Notes under the pieces: model-generated
Seen by the model: the letters and a program-made list of their open reading frames with translations, nothing else
The model's database searches: none
Told to the model about the DNA's origin: nothing
From: Zygnema circumcarinatum SAG 698-1b
Lineage: Eukaryota; Plantae; Zygnematophyceae
Assembly: GCA_037447605.1 (NCBI GenBank)
Contig: CM074814.1
Span: 1,860,001-1,924,000 of the forward strand
DNA: 64,000 nucleotides
Direction of reading: 5' to 3'
Translations under genes and position numbers: made by a program
In this document: in pieces, positions 13,777-26,093 of the stretch
Numbering within the stretch: position 1 is the stretch's first letter
Layout of the letters: each line of letters begins with the position of its first letter

Positions 13777-14983
13777 CCGCCCGCCGCCCCCCCCCCCCCA
13801 CGCCCAACGCCCCGAAGCCCCAAAGCCCAAGGCCCCGCCATGGCCAGGCATGGCCTGGCAGTGTATTCGAGGCAGATGTAGAATATGTGTGGCTGATGCT
13901 TGTCTTTATAAATTAGTTTTCGTTTTGTATATGTTTGGCCGGAGAAGTGAAGCTGGACGATTAGTTGATTAAGATTGATGCTCCCGTAAAAGAGGAGTGT
14001 TGTAGTTAGAGGTCGAGAGTTGCGAGCAATAGAACTGTGAGAGTGAACAGCATGTGAAGTTCACGATCACCGAATAAATGTACTCAATCAAGATAACAGT
14101 CGTTGCCTTTGAACCCTCTGACCTTCTCTTCCTGTTTGTCATTGCTAGTTTTTTCGTATGGAAGTAGTCCGCTTTCATTTGCAAGAAGCATGGCAGAATT
14201 GTGCGTCGTGGGGTGGATACGTAACCTCATCAGCATCTGGAAAATACACCTCCCCTGCTCGCACTCTGCATCACGGACGAAGGGAGGGGAGATGTGGGCA
14301 AATCTGAAACGTCAAAGGATATTTCTTGGGTAAAAAAAAGTAATGCCAGAGTTTTGCACGAGTCGGCAGAGGGGCTGGGGATGCAGTGGCTTCCCCGCGT
14401 CCTTTGCAACCTCTCTCTCGTCTTTCTTGTAAGTGATGGGAACTCAATAGATTCGTGGAAAGGACTCGTGCAGGGCAACGTGAAGGCAACAGATTCCGCC
14501 CACCCTTAGTGGTTTTGAAGACAGAGGGATGGAGTTGGGGGGGAGGTGTGGGGGGGGGGAGAGGAGGGAGGGGGGGGAAGAGAGCGAAGTTAGAGTTTAT
14601 TTGTTTTTCATTCCATAGTGAGAAAGGAAGATTGGAATACTACCAAAGAAAGTGACACTTTTAGGTGGGAATTCCCAAGTCATAAACGCAACACCTCTTA
14701 CGAATCAGCATAGCATAAAAGGCCAACATGCTGCAAATCACGTCCAATTTTGTGCATTGAACATTTGGTACACGCTTAGTTTGTAGTACAGGTCAAATGT
14801 ACATCAAAAAAACTGCATGCACTCCCCCTGTCTTCAAGAGGAGTATCGTGCACCAGCGAAAGCAGTGCGGGGGAGAGACTGCAAAAAATCTCAGGCATTT
14901 CGCCCATTCAGCATTGCGCTTTATAGGCTATTTCTTGCCAGCTTTCCCTTGCTAGGCGGGAAAAGAATGTACAGAAATCATAT

Positions 14984-16609
14984 TCACAGGAAGGACCTAT
15001 TGGTCACAAACTCGAATGCCAGAAGTCCAAGATATCCGATCATAGCCAGGCGGCCATTCCACCGCTCTGCCTTCGCATTGAAGGGTCCATTCCTGTTTCA
15101 AACGAGCAAAGGGAAAGCCGTCAGCACTTAATTATTTCTCGCAGTGCTCCTTACTGCCTGCATAGAGCATTGTATAGGCCACGTGGTTACAAGTATTCGG
15201 CTAAGGACTGATCGGTCTCAGACAACAGACTTACTTGCGGCTGTCAGGACTCTCCCCATTGAAGAATGGGATCAATGAAGCCGCAATAATGAGGTTTGTA
15301 GCTAGAATAAGCCAAAAGAACCCCGTGTTGTTAGGCTCCGTGATCTGCTGCCAGATAGTTTTGTGTGTGATTGCCTCGGAGATGAGTGCCCAGACGAAAC
15401 CAGTCATAGCCTGGCATCCAAAGAGAGCGCGTTCAGAACAACATCACGCAAGTGAAAATGAGTAGATCAAGAAAGACCTTACTCATAAGCTGCGCGGCAT
15501 GAAACTTGGAGACAGTTTTGCGTCAATAAAGACAGGCTCTGAACTATTTCAGCTCGTCAACATCAGATACTTACAAGGCGGCCATTCATTGTCTCAGGTC
15601 CCACGCCGTCAAACGACATGATGCTTCCAAATGACCGGTCTCCTGTTTCAGGACGACGTTCAATCTCAGGCCGAGGAAGTGCACCAGGCGCAGGCTCCGC
15701 TCCAAACACGGACTGCTTTTCACTCTGGTTTTGAGACATATTCTTTTGAACATCGCTTGAAGAAATGTTTTGCTTCGTGCCATCAACAACACCCTGGGCC
15801 TGTCGAGAACATAATTCCAATTAAAAGAAGGGGCGTGAGAGTTAGCTGAGTGAAGAGGGGCTTTACTGCTGACAAACGATTTTGTTTTGGAATTAAATGA
15901 GAACATGCGCCTTCATTGACGCGATTAGATTTAAAAAATAACACTCACGACTTCGAAAGGTTTAACTTCACAACTTCAACTTGCGTAGGTAAAAGGGTGT
16001 CCTGAAGAAATCGAAGAGAGTTCGCAAAAACCAGGTAGTGCTATATGGTTCAAACACCAAATGCAATCTGAAAAGGTCATGCTGCTGTTTGCACGTAGCC
16101 GAAAGTATTGATATTTCTACCAAATCCTATGACTTCAAAGAGAATACGTAGACGTAATTTCACGATGAGAACGCCAAGAAGGCACTCGTGAGACATACCC
16201 TGCCCACGGCATTCTTTGCATCTTGCTGGGCGTCAGCGCGCACACGGAATGTAAAGCCAGCGGGACGGCCGCGGCGAGAAACAGTTGGCACTGGAGACAC
16301 GGGACTGCAGGAGCAGCTCCAAAGTGTTAGGATCACTTCTCTGCCTCTAGGAAAAACAAAATGAGTAAACAATGCAAGGAGCTTCCGGCACAATGATACA
16401 TGACGTTCGTTCGTCTGTTCCAGACTAATCAAACCATTCCCTTGTCAGATCCTCCGCTTCCTGTAGATGAACTGCGGCACAGTTGATCAACAGCACGCTT
16501 TTTCAGTCCTCACGCAACGCTATGCATCCTTTCAGCGCTACTGCCGCTCCACTCACCCGCACACGAGGCCAGCGCTGCTCCTGCACGCAGCCATTGCTGA
16601 AGCCGCCAT
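14984..16609 (-). CDS. ELIP: Early light-induced protein (three-helix LHC-like), plastid-targeted, multi-exon
   Basis: Transit peptide MAASAMAACRSS...FRVRA; helix motifs GPETMNGRL-AMTGFVWAL and NAKAERWNGRLAMIGYLGLL; stop at 14984. Confidence 0.9.
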
Positions 16610-16699
16610 GGTCTCCGATCCGAATTGTCCGACTCCTCCTTCCCCCCTCCCGCCACTAAAGGCCTCCCCCTCCCTCCGCCCCCTCCCCCCCCCCGCGCC

Positions 16700-16830
16700 G
16701 CGTGGCGGGAGCGCAGGCCCCGCGGGGCGCCACGTGGCCGAGCGCGCGCTGGGGCCCGCGCTGGCGCGAGGGGGCCGCGCCGCCCGGCACCCGTACGCGC
16801 CGCTCGCCGCACGTGCGGGAAGGCGTGGCG
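16700..16830. promoter_or_regulatory. G-box elements upstream of ELIP (GCCACGTGGC 16729-16738; CACGTG near 16810) in the divergent ELIP/PFD6 intergenic region
   Basis: Motifs read directly; G-boxes are established light/ABA elements of ELIP promoters. Confidence 0.55.
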
Positions 16831-17331
16831 CGCGGCCATGGGGCCACGCGGCATGCATGGGGTGAGGTTCTGTGCGGCAGTCCCGTTGCCGTCTATTCGT
16901 TCTATGCTGCTGTTGCGCTGGTTATCGACGCTTTCGCTGTGTTGCAGAATGTAGAGAATTGTTTGGCCACGGAATGCGACTAACGTGACGTGGACCGCGT
17001 GCATTAAGGGTTGAGACTATTAGTCAAACTGTAGTCGGTTAATGGTCAAGAAGGCATATGGCTGATGTAGCCTATTTGCAGCCAACACATTTCCGCATTG
17101 GGGCCGCTTGGCTGCTGACTATTCCGCTGACTACACTTGCCGCCCCCTCTGCTGGACTACTGTACTGCGGCTGAAACGTACTCGATGTGGCCACGGCCCC
17201 ATGGCATGGAATGGGGATGGCATGGCATGACATGTCATGGCATGGCATGGCATATAGCGGGGCGCATCGAGGATGCTATTGAGCCTGAAGGCGGGAAGTG
17301 GGGAGGAGCGCAGAGGGGAAGGGGCGGAGGG

Positions 17332-19299
17332 ATGGCGGGGGCCAGCAAGGAGGTGCAGCGGCAGCTGGAGGCGGAGGTCAACGCGCTCCGGGCCGTTCAG
17401 AAGGGTGAGCCCTCCCGCCCCACAAGGGAGGAGGGAGCAGAAGACACGCTTATTCAACCATGGAACTGTCCCCCGGCACCCCTGTCTGCCTGAGCTCTGC
17501 AGTTCGAGTTCTTCTAAGCCTGAATATGCATCATGACGTCAGAATCAGCTGCTGCAACATGAAATTATCGATTACAGGGCTTGTTTGTCGGCCCCCTCGC
17601 GACAGACCGCCGCAGCAGCATTAGCAAGAAGTCAGCTTATTGTCATGGAGTTTAGGGGTTGCACTGGCTTGGATTTAGGAATAACTGTGTTGGATGAGGA
17701 ACGACCTAGGAGGTAGCAGCACAGCTTGTGCGGTTCCTGCGTTTTTGCCCCGAACTTCGAAGCTCACGGAAATATTGTGTTGATGCAATTCATTCCTCAG
17801 AAAGCGGAAAGATGATGTGGTTGCTAGCTGGAGACAACGCGCAGATTGCCTAAATGCAGTCAGCCAATCCAAGTTGAGCTTGAAGTTGAACACAATGCAA
17901 TGCATGTGTTCTCTTCAGCATTATGGAAACTTCGCAGGCATCGAAAATGTTGGAAACTAATAAGCTTCCAGCTTTCATATGATTTAGTACCACATGGAAA
18001 AGAAAGCAGTCGAACCCGGATCCTTCTCAGACGTGAACAATTGTCCAAAGTTTTTTGTTGGTTGCATGATGTCTCCGAAGTCCTTCACTTATGAATGTTG
18101 ATCGTTATCTTTTCGGTGGGATGGTCTTTACGCATGAATAACCACGCAGATATCAGCAAAAGCCACCAGATGAGCCAGCAATACACATTGCAACACAGTG
18201 AAAATGAAGTTGTGAAGAGGGTAAGTCCTTCGGATAATGCCAAAGAGTCCTTCTCTACCCTAAGAAACAGCAGGCTCAAAAACTATGTTTACTGGTGTGT
18301 GATAAGGGGTCTCAACTAGTGAGGTAACGGGTCCCCAATAATTACTTGTGATGTTCGACACGATAGCTGCAAAAACTTAAAGCCCAGTTGTTAGCTACAC
18401 TTGTGCTGTTGACATTGTAACCATGACCCATTTGAGACCAACTTGTGGAGTGAAAGCTGATCTCAAAAGTTGCCATAATCTCATTTGCCCTTCTTGACAT
18501 GTTTGTCGCGAGACAGGAACTAGATCTGTTGGAGGAGGATGCGGTTGTCTACAAGCTCATTGGACCCGTACTTGTTAAGCAGGACCTGCTGGAGGCCAAG
18601 GCCAACGTGGCAAAGCGGATCGAGTACATCTCTACAGAATTGTACGTTCTAAACCTTTTAGTGACTTGTATTTTCTGCTGCCCGCTTCCCCCATTCCGAT
18701 CGGGTTGCAACGTGCTGGATGACTTTCCATGAGTCAATTTCATCGCCATTCTATGTTCTCTGCTTCAAAGTCCAATGCTGATTGGGGGGAATAGAAAAAA
18801 ATAAACGTGGATGGTAGGCCGTTTTGCTTCATCATGGGTGGCAGGAAAGGTCACTTTGGGTCTAGCCAATTAATCAATAGGACAGTCAAGAACAAGCAAG
18901 TGAGCCTTTCCATTTGTCATTGTGCTGTGGCAGAAAACGATTAGAAGGGACGCTGAAGTCATTGGAACAGAAGGAGAGCTCCAAGAGGGAAGATGTGAGT
19001 GCCCTTTTATATCTGTATGATGTGTTGCTTAGGCAGGTGATTGGGTAAGGTTGACTTGCTGTCTTCTCTGTTACATGAGTTGACTCTCATCATACGCAAA
19101 CTTGAAGAGCCATGGGCCATGGAATAATCTCTGCTTTATGAAAATGAAGAAGAGATGAAGCAGCAATAGGATGTAACTCCTTGTGCATTGCAGCAATTTC
19201 TTCATAGAGTCAACCACCTATATACCCGAACATACTTTTTGGGATTTGTTGCAGGTACTAAGAATACAGCAGCGGATGCAGTCTCTAAGTCAGAAGTGA
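17332..19299 (+). CDS. PFD6: Prefoldin subunit 6, five exons
   Basis: MAGASKEVQRQLEAEVNALRAVQK-DISKSHQ...ENEVVKR-ELDLLEEDAVVYKLIGPVLVKQDLLEAKANVAKRIEYISTEL-KRLEG...-VLRIQQRMQSLSQK*. Confidence 0.93.
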
Positions 19300-21053
19300 A
19301 GCACAACGGACAGTAGGCTTTCAAGGGAAGCTTTTGCGAATCTTCCTTCTGGGGGAGAATCAGCTTTGATCGCAGCATACAATTTCCCCTGCAGTAGAAC
19401 AGGAAGCGTAAGTTTGATTGAGCCAAGCGCTCGTTTTCCCTCAGCTGCTAAGGTTAGAACTTGATCGTTCCAACGACCAGATGTAACCGACGACGTGGTC
19501 AGAGCGAGCTGCCTATGACCACGAAGCTGTTTCAGGATGCAACCGCTGTGATCCAACCTTTGAATTTCACGGTGTTAGCGGCTTCAGTATCCAGTCCAAC
19601 AATAAAACACATAGCGCATGTATGTGAGAGCTGCCACCTGGAGGCCACACTATGCACGAATGGGTTGCTTCCTTTAACACGGCAGATAGGAGACTCAGTT
19701 TGAGAGCAGGACTGAACACGCAGTGAACGGAAATAGTTCCTGAAAATGTATTTGGGAAATAATGAAATTCTATTAGTGCAAGTCTTGACCCTCGTTTTGA
19801 AGGATTATACCTTTGTGGTCGCCATCATTATTTGATCGTGATGATTTATGTACATGTAAGGGATTTTCCAAATCTCCATGCCAATCGCTTTCTTAAAGAC
19901 ATCGTTCTGCTTTCAGAAGGAATCGCTGGGGGAATCAGTTCCTCCGCAGACGATTGTTGAAGTTATGAGGGAATATAAAACGAAGGATCCCATGAAAGCA
20001 ACGCTGCAATTTTAAGCCCCGACCACACGTAGTGATAGAATCCAAGCGACGATTTTGTATTTAGTTTGCATTGGAACATCATAAGCAAAACAACAAGCTC
20101 TCCAGGGCCTGCAAAAAGCTACCTCGTGACAGAAAGGTGCCACATGAACTTGCTTTTTTGCTGGATTGCCAAACTTATAGTAGTTCTTTGTGAATACGAT
20201 TTGGCTGAGAAATGTGATAGTTGCTCCAACTTCCATTGGCACTCTGATTCTATTTGCTCAGAATATTGGGTCATTTTAAAATGAGAGTCTAAGATATGTG
20301 GCATGGTAGCAGGAAGAGACGTTTCGGGGGACGGGGCGGCTACCGCCTGAGGCTCGCTGTGAGAAGGATCAAAGCTGGCAACATCGATATAGTGATCGAG
20401 TGGGTAGTGTTGGAAGATCTCCAAAGAGGGATGCAAAGGGGGAACAAGGCTTTTCCTCCAATAACGGAGGACACGAGGAACAAGGAAAACATAGGTACTA
20501 ACAAATGGCTATGTATGCATCAACAAGATGGCTAATTTGCCTGAGCTGAAAGTGAGTGGAAACGTGTTTAAAAAGGTCTTGCAAAGGTAATTTCTTACGA
20601 GAACTAAGACTACATATCCATGTCAAGTCACCATCTTAGCCCGCAAAAGCTACCATAGGCTGGGATTACGTCGTCATGGAAGGAGAACCACCACAGAAAC
20701 GGTTCAAGCAAGGACCGAAAAGAAACGATGTACACATGTGATGAGTAATCATTCATGTACGCCTCTTCAAATAGTCGATTCGTGTTCACATGTTCGCCAG
20801 AAACCATCGCTCAGGAAACATGCTGTAGTGAACGTCGACAGTTTTGAAACTGGTGACATCGTCTCGAAGGATTCCTTATTGTTCTTATGGTTTTTCTGCA
20901 AACTTACTGCTACGGCAATACATCCCTTCGCCAATATGCATGACTAGCTCTGATAACGCTTTCTCCTCCGCACAATACGAATGCGTTCCTTGAGCCCCGC
21001 CGCTCCAACATTAAGCAGAACACCTCCCAGACGCGCCATGCTGCCTCCAGGAA

Positions 21054-21179
21054 TCACTTGGACGGTCCAGGCGGAGCGCGAGGCGGCGAGCGCTTAGCGA
21101 TGTAAGCGAAGAGGATGGCGCCGGGCATCACAATGTACTCCGCCACCGCAGCCACCCTCGACAGCGCCGCGCCCGCCAT
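21054..21179 (-). CDS. Putative 41-aa single-pass microprotein MAGAALSRVAAVAEYIVMPGAILFAYIAKRSPPRAPPGPSK
   Basis: GCCATGG start context, GC-rich codon style like other first exons here, central hydrophobic stretch, telo-box-like AACCCTAAT upstream; below the ORF-track cutoff. Confidence 0.45.
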   Translation of the reverse strand: MAGAALSRVAAVAEYIVMPGAILFAYIAKRSPPRAPPGPSK

Positions 21180-22012
21180 GGCTGCCCCCACCACAGCCTG
21201 CCGAGGAGAGCCCCTCCCTCTCGCCGCAAGCCGCCCGCTCGCTCCGTCTCCCTCCGCGCCCTCTCTCAGCGAACCCTAATTCTGCTTTAACCCATACACC
21301 CCGCGACATACGTCAGCAGGTTTCTTGCCGTCACTGAAGTCCAAAGAGTGCTGACGCACGCAGGCGACCGTTGTCCAATCCGCGCATACGGTGGCTCTCA
21401 TTTCGCAAACTGATGACGTCAGCAAACCGCAAGTTTTCAGGCGACGGCCCCCTCGGCTGGCATCGCTTCGCCCTCTCTGAACCGCCACAGGCCGTGGCCA
21501 GCATTTCGTGGGCATGGCGGAGATGGACATGGCTGCCAGTAATGCCTACCGCTCTGCTCGACTCTTGGTATCATGCTGGAAAAACAAAATTTCGATGCGG
21601 CCTGTGAAATCATTGGTGAGCATGCGCGGTCTGCTTGGTCTGAAGCACCGCCGCGCGGAGGATGGTTTAGGCTACAGAAGGAGGTCGCTTTGCATGGGTT
21701 GCTCAAAACATCACATCTGGAGGTGGTGATGCATGGGAGGTACATGCTGGACACTTGTGCACTTCCAATGGGAAAAAACATCCCAAATCGTCATCGGGAC
21801 TGTATCACAGCAAGCAGCCCTTCGGTTTCTGAACAACGGCACTGGTGCTGTGAGAGCAAGATATTTGCGAACACTTTATTCCGCCAGTCGGAAGATTCGG
21901 TTACAAAAAAATGGCTAAGAGACGCTTACTTTGGCATCCCCCCCCATGCTGACAAGAAGGGTGCGGGGAGAAGAAAGTAGATTAATAGTTATCGCAGTAA
22001 TTTGGGGTTAAT

Positions 22013-24457
22013 TTAGCTTTTTTGTGCGGTCGGTCCCCCGCTGAAGCGGAGGGGAGGGCCGAATCGCTCAAAGAAAACCTGCCTCACTTTGTCAGGCTTT
22101 TCAATGGCTCCTTTCTGCGACTCTGTCTGAGGCCAATAGGCCACCGAGCAGTCACTCGCGTGTCTGGGCACAATGTGAATGTGGAGGTGGGAGGGTATGG
22201 AGGCCCCCGAGTCCGGCCCAATGTTGATGCCAACGCTGTAAGAATCTGCGCCTGTTGCCTCCATGACAGCCTGCCCAGCAAAGAGTACAAAAAGGGCTTT
22301 ACCGTGACTGCGAGGTTGCAGGGAATAGGACACCTTAGCTTCATGGTGAAAGCCTGCAGCTTTACACCTTTAAACCACCACCATAGGAACATAAGAACAT
22401 AAGAACATAACAACATACGAATTTAAAAGAAGGAAATGTTTCCCATTACATACAAACACGACTCAGTATCGAAATTGACAACCAAGCGTCTGCTTTCTTG
22501 TTCCCACAGAAAAAGGGTTCATGAACTCACTGCGCATGCATCCGCTGTGAGCTGCATGAGTTCCATGACCTCCTTCTCTGTGCAGAGATCCAGAGTCGCC
22601 ACGTGGCGGTGGGGAATGACCATGACGTGGCCGTACCTGTACGGCTTCACACTGAACAGCACCCGCCCGCTGCTGCAGGCGAGGAGGGCGTCGTCCTCTC
22701 TGCAGAGAGGACACGTGTCGTGTGACGGCCAGTCACACGAAAACACAGGGATGGGCTTTTGTGAAGAACCCTCCGCGGAAGAAATTGAGTCACACTCATG
22801 AGCATCAGGTCCCTGCAACAGCATGCATTGGAGTGTGAGCCCTGAGAGGGAGGGGTAAGAGGAGGAAGGAGGGAGCGAGAGAGGGAGGGGGAGAGGTTGA
22901 GGAAATGGTGGTGGTGGGGGGGGGGGGGGTGAAAGCTCAGATATAAAGTTGCAGGGAGGAGGAAGAAGAGGAGGGTAGAGAAGGAAAGGTGAAGGACGAA
23001 GCATGACTGGAGAAGACGAGGAGATCGCATAAAAACAAGGGGCAACACAATATATGGGAAGGTGGGGGGTATGTGGGAACAGAGAATGGAGAATAAAATA
23101 ATAGAGAGGGTAGAGCAGATAGAGCGGTGATTAAAATATGAGTGAACACTGACGGGCGAAGAGTGAAACAACTTCTGATGAAACCGCACAAACAAAGTAT
23201 ACTATACTGAAGGACGGCCGCAGTGAGCCCAATCTTTCAGGGGTAAATCTTTGACCTTGGATAATGTATGACGAAAATTGCTAAGTTGACCAGACATTGA
23301 ACTCGCCACCGGTCCATTCAGACAGTGTAATAATGCTGGCGGCTCCAAAGAGAGACCTCTCAGGCTGACGAGTGCGGGTAAGAGTGGACCACCCAGCAAT
23401 GACTTCATTAAAGCTCCATGTGTGAAAATATTAATAACTCATTAATATTCACTGTTGCAGCAAGGACAGAGTCACGGCTGTGAAGAAGATTGAGGGCCTT
23501 GACCTACCTCGGCTCTCGCAAGTTCAGTTTCCAGAGCGCGTCGAATCGTCGTCCATTCCCCACGATGGAGAATAGACGCCTTCGGTCAGTTCAAGAACAC
23601 ATGCAACACAGTACGAGCCAAGTCAAACACTCACCTGCAGCTTGATTCATTTATCATGTTGTGATCTAATCTCCTCAACCCTCTTATCGTTAACAACAAA
23701 ATTATTGAAGACAATGTTAATCCAAAGCTTACATTTCAAGTTATCCACTTTCTCGTTGCCATGACTTCAAGCATGGACTCTTGAAACGAGAATGCTTAGA
23801 GACGAACATGACGTAAAAAACTGCATTCGATCACATAGCAAAAAGAACGACGAAAGGACCCTAAAGTACCTTAGTGGTCCACCACATGAAGTTGGTATCG
23901 TGAAGGTTCCTCGGCACCACATGCACATGGAGGTGATGCAGCCCCGCAGCCCCCAGAGCGTCGTCGGCATTCGGCCCAAAGTTGAAGCCCACATTTGCAC
24001 TCGCCTGCAGTCCTGAGCGCAAATGCAAATGCGAGACGAATACCGACTAGTTACAGCCGCCACATTCCAATGCTGCTCAGATTCCGCCAAGCCTTGCGCA
24101 GAAAACTTCACCGCAGGCATTCCACTGCAGCGCTCTCTTCTGCAGAGGGAAAGACCCCTTTCCGTAACGCACCATGGCTCCCAAGTCCCGCTTCCCCCAA
24201 GGGCTCCCGACGAACCAGGCGCGGTACGAGGCCGCCATGGCTAGCCCCACTGTGGAGATGAGGTCGAGCACCTCCTCCGGAGAAAGCTCGGCAAGCTGCG
24301 CCACGTGGCGGGCAGGCACGACCATGACATGGCCGACCTTGGAGGCGGCGCCATGGCTCCCTGCGCCCCACACGATTTTGGAGCTGCGCGAGCAGTGCAG
24401 CACCTCCCCCTCTGCGCACACCGCACAGCCCCCTCCTGCTCCTCCCCCCTCCGCCAT
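22013..24457 (-). CDS. Tandem double HIT-domain protein; complement(join(22013..22270,22531..22812,23508..23579,23870..24004,24173..24457)), 343 aa
   Basis: Repeat 1: CAVC...GHVMVVPARHV...VGFNFG...HLHVHVVPR..DTNFM; repeat 2: CPLC...GHVMVIPHRHV...VGINIG...HLHIHIVPR; four phase-0 GT-AG introns join them in one frame. Confidence 0.8.
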
Positions 24458-25368
24458 TTCCGTTCGCGCTTTCCCTCCCGCCCAGCGGGGCCCAGTGAGC
24501 GCAGAGCACGCAGTACGGTACTGACCGTTGAGGCGGATGTAATTGAGCTGTGGCTGTAAGGGCCCAATGCTTGTCTACAAGTAAGCAGATAATGGTGCCT
24601 GGAATAATGTGTTAGTTACTTTGCCGCATACCTTGTCATGTGTCCCCGGCTTACGCAACTTCGATAAATCTAGGGTGGATCTCAAGATCAGCGCGAGGTC
24701 AATGCCAAACCCCATAGCCCCATTGTGAAAAGGGGGGACTTTCCATTCGGCATAGATCTCACAATGGCGATGGGAGAAGGGTCGCAGCAACTAAAGTGCG
24801 TTTGTGGGATGGGCCAGAGTCTTGAACTCAAAGAGTCCTTCGTGGTGAGGTTGGAATGATATTCAGCATGGACTATCAATCAGCCCCTGCTTTTTGGGCA
24901 ACCACTGCTCAACTTCAACTTAAGAAGAAGTTGCAGCGTCTTGAAACGGAAAATCATTGCCATGCCAATAAAGGATTTACTCGAGCAAACAAGAGCATGG
25001 ACTGAATCTTCACAAGCCAGTGCTCACGAGGGTGAGATCCTCCACCCTTTGAATTGAAACTTTGTACACATAGACAGGAACCATTTCCAGCTTGTAAACG
25101 TGCGTTTGTAGGAGCTACCTCGAATGTCACTCACGAGACTCTTAAAGATGGGCTTTCTAGTTCCGGCAAGCACTTGCGCGAAAGGTAAGCAACAGACCAA
25201 CGCTGAAGCGCAATCCCAACATAAACAAACAAGTGCTGCAAAAAGGATGTGAGGATGGCTCGGCGCCTCTGATTGACATGACATGCCTCCAAAGCTGCCT
25301 GCCTGCCTGGCTGACATGCATGCATGCATGCTGCCATGTGACTACCCGCTATGCCTCGTGGTTGAGCC

Positions 25369-25505
25369 TCTAACCCTGAAAACCAGCAAACTTGACATCC
25401 CTAACCCTAGAACCCTGAGAATCTTGAAACCCTAGATACCCTAAAAGCCCTGAAACTCTGGAAAACCCTAAAGCCCTGAAACAGTAAACCTCGAAAACCT
25501 CCAGG
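25369..25505. repeat. Degenerate telomere-like (AAACCCT-type) repeat cluster
   Basis: Repeated aaccct/aaaccct/accctaaa variants at short spacing. Confidence 0.55.
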
Positions 25506-26093
25506 TTACATATCAGGAAAAAACCAGAAAACCCATTAACCTTGATAAGAAACGAGCTCTCAAACGCCGAGACACCGAGAGCGTAGCCATCCACAGCGGA
25601 TGGGCGGACAAGAATTCAGAATCGAAGAACAGAAATCGAAAACGAGAACCTTTGACGAACTCGAAAGCACGAAGAGGCAGCAGGAAAGCAAGGAAAGAAA
25701 CCAAAGAAAGGTGAAAGAGGGCGGAGGTCCGCTCTGCTTTCGGCGTGGTGATGTTGTGGAAGTATCCCCCTCGGCTTTTGAATGTCCGATAAAGCGCATC
25801 CCTTAGAGGCAGACAGACAAAGGCAGGCAGAGACACAGAATTCGCTCTCTCGTTATTCGGACCTTGGCGCATGGTGGATGCAGATGAACGCAAACTTGTT
25901 TTGGGAGAGGCATAGGGCACACCCATCTCCTGTATATGAGAAAAAGGCTTTGCATACCCCGCACCCAACTCGTCCTGAGCTGCTGCTTCAGTACCCAACT
26001 TCGCCCCAATTCACTCTCTATTTTTCGCCCCCTTATCATGACCTATTGCTCAAAACACGCTAGTGCCCCTTTGATTTGCTCCTTTTATCCCTA

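Larger units (their letters stand above)
9526..13838. repeat. Inverted repeat: arms 9526..11227 and 12137..13838 (1702 bp each) around a 909-bp unique spacer
   Basis: Six-frame ORFs are mirrored with identical translations (450, 337, 288 aa); mirrored coordinates sum to 23364; the 13-nt G/C homopolymer has the same length in both arms. Confidence 0.95.

Noticed and set aside
9468-13851. Long ORFs of 450 aa and 337 aa on both strands
   Set aside because: Shadow frames of GC-rich coding DNA; Arg/Ala/Gly-rich without motifs; the spliced root-cap genes explain the region
19440-21050. Possible minus-strand exons (e.g. QNDVFKKAIGMEIWK, VAALTYMRYVFYCWTGY)
   Set aside because: Could not be chained into a coherent frame or family; may be UTR
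21573-21980. 135-aa plus-strand ORF
   Set aside because: No recognisable motif, in-frame stop just upstream and no convincing splice partner; left unassigned
24575-25340. Possible upstream exons of the HIT gene
   Set aside because: Frame is open upstream of ATG 24457 but the region looks promoter-like (TGGGCC motifs) and the peptides are unrecognisable
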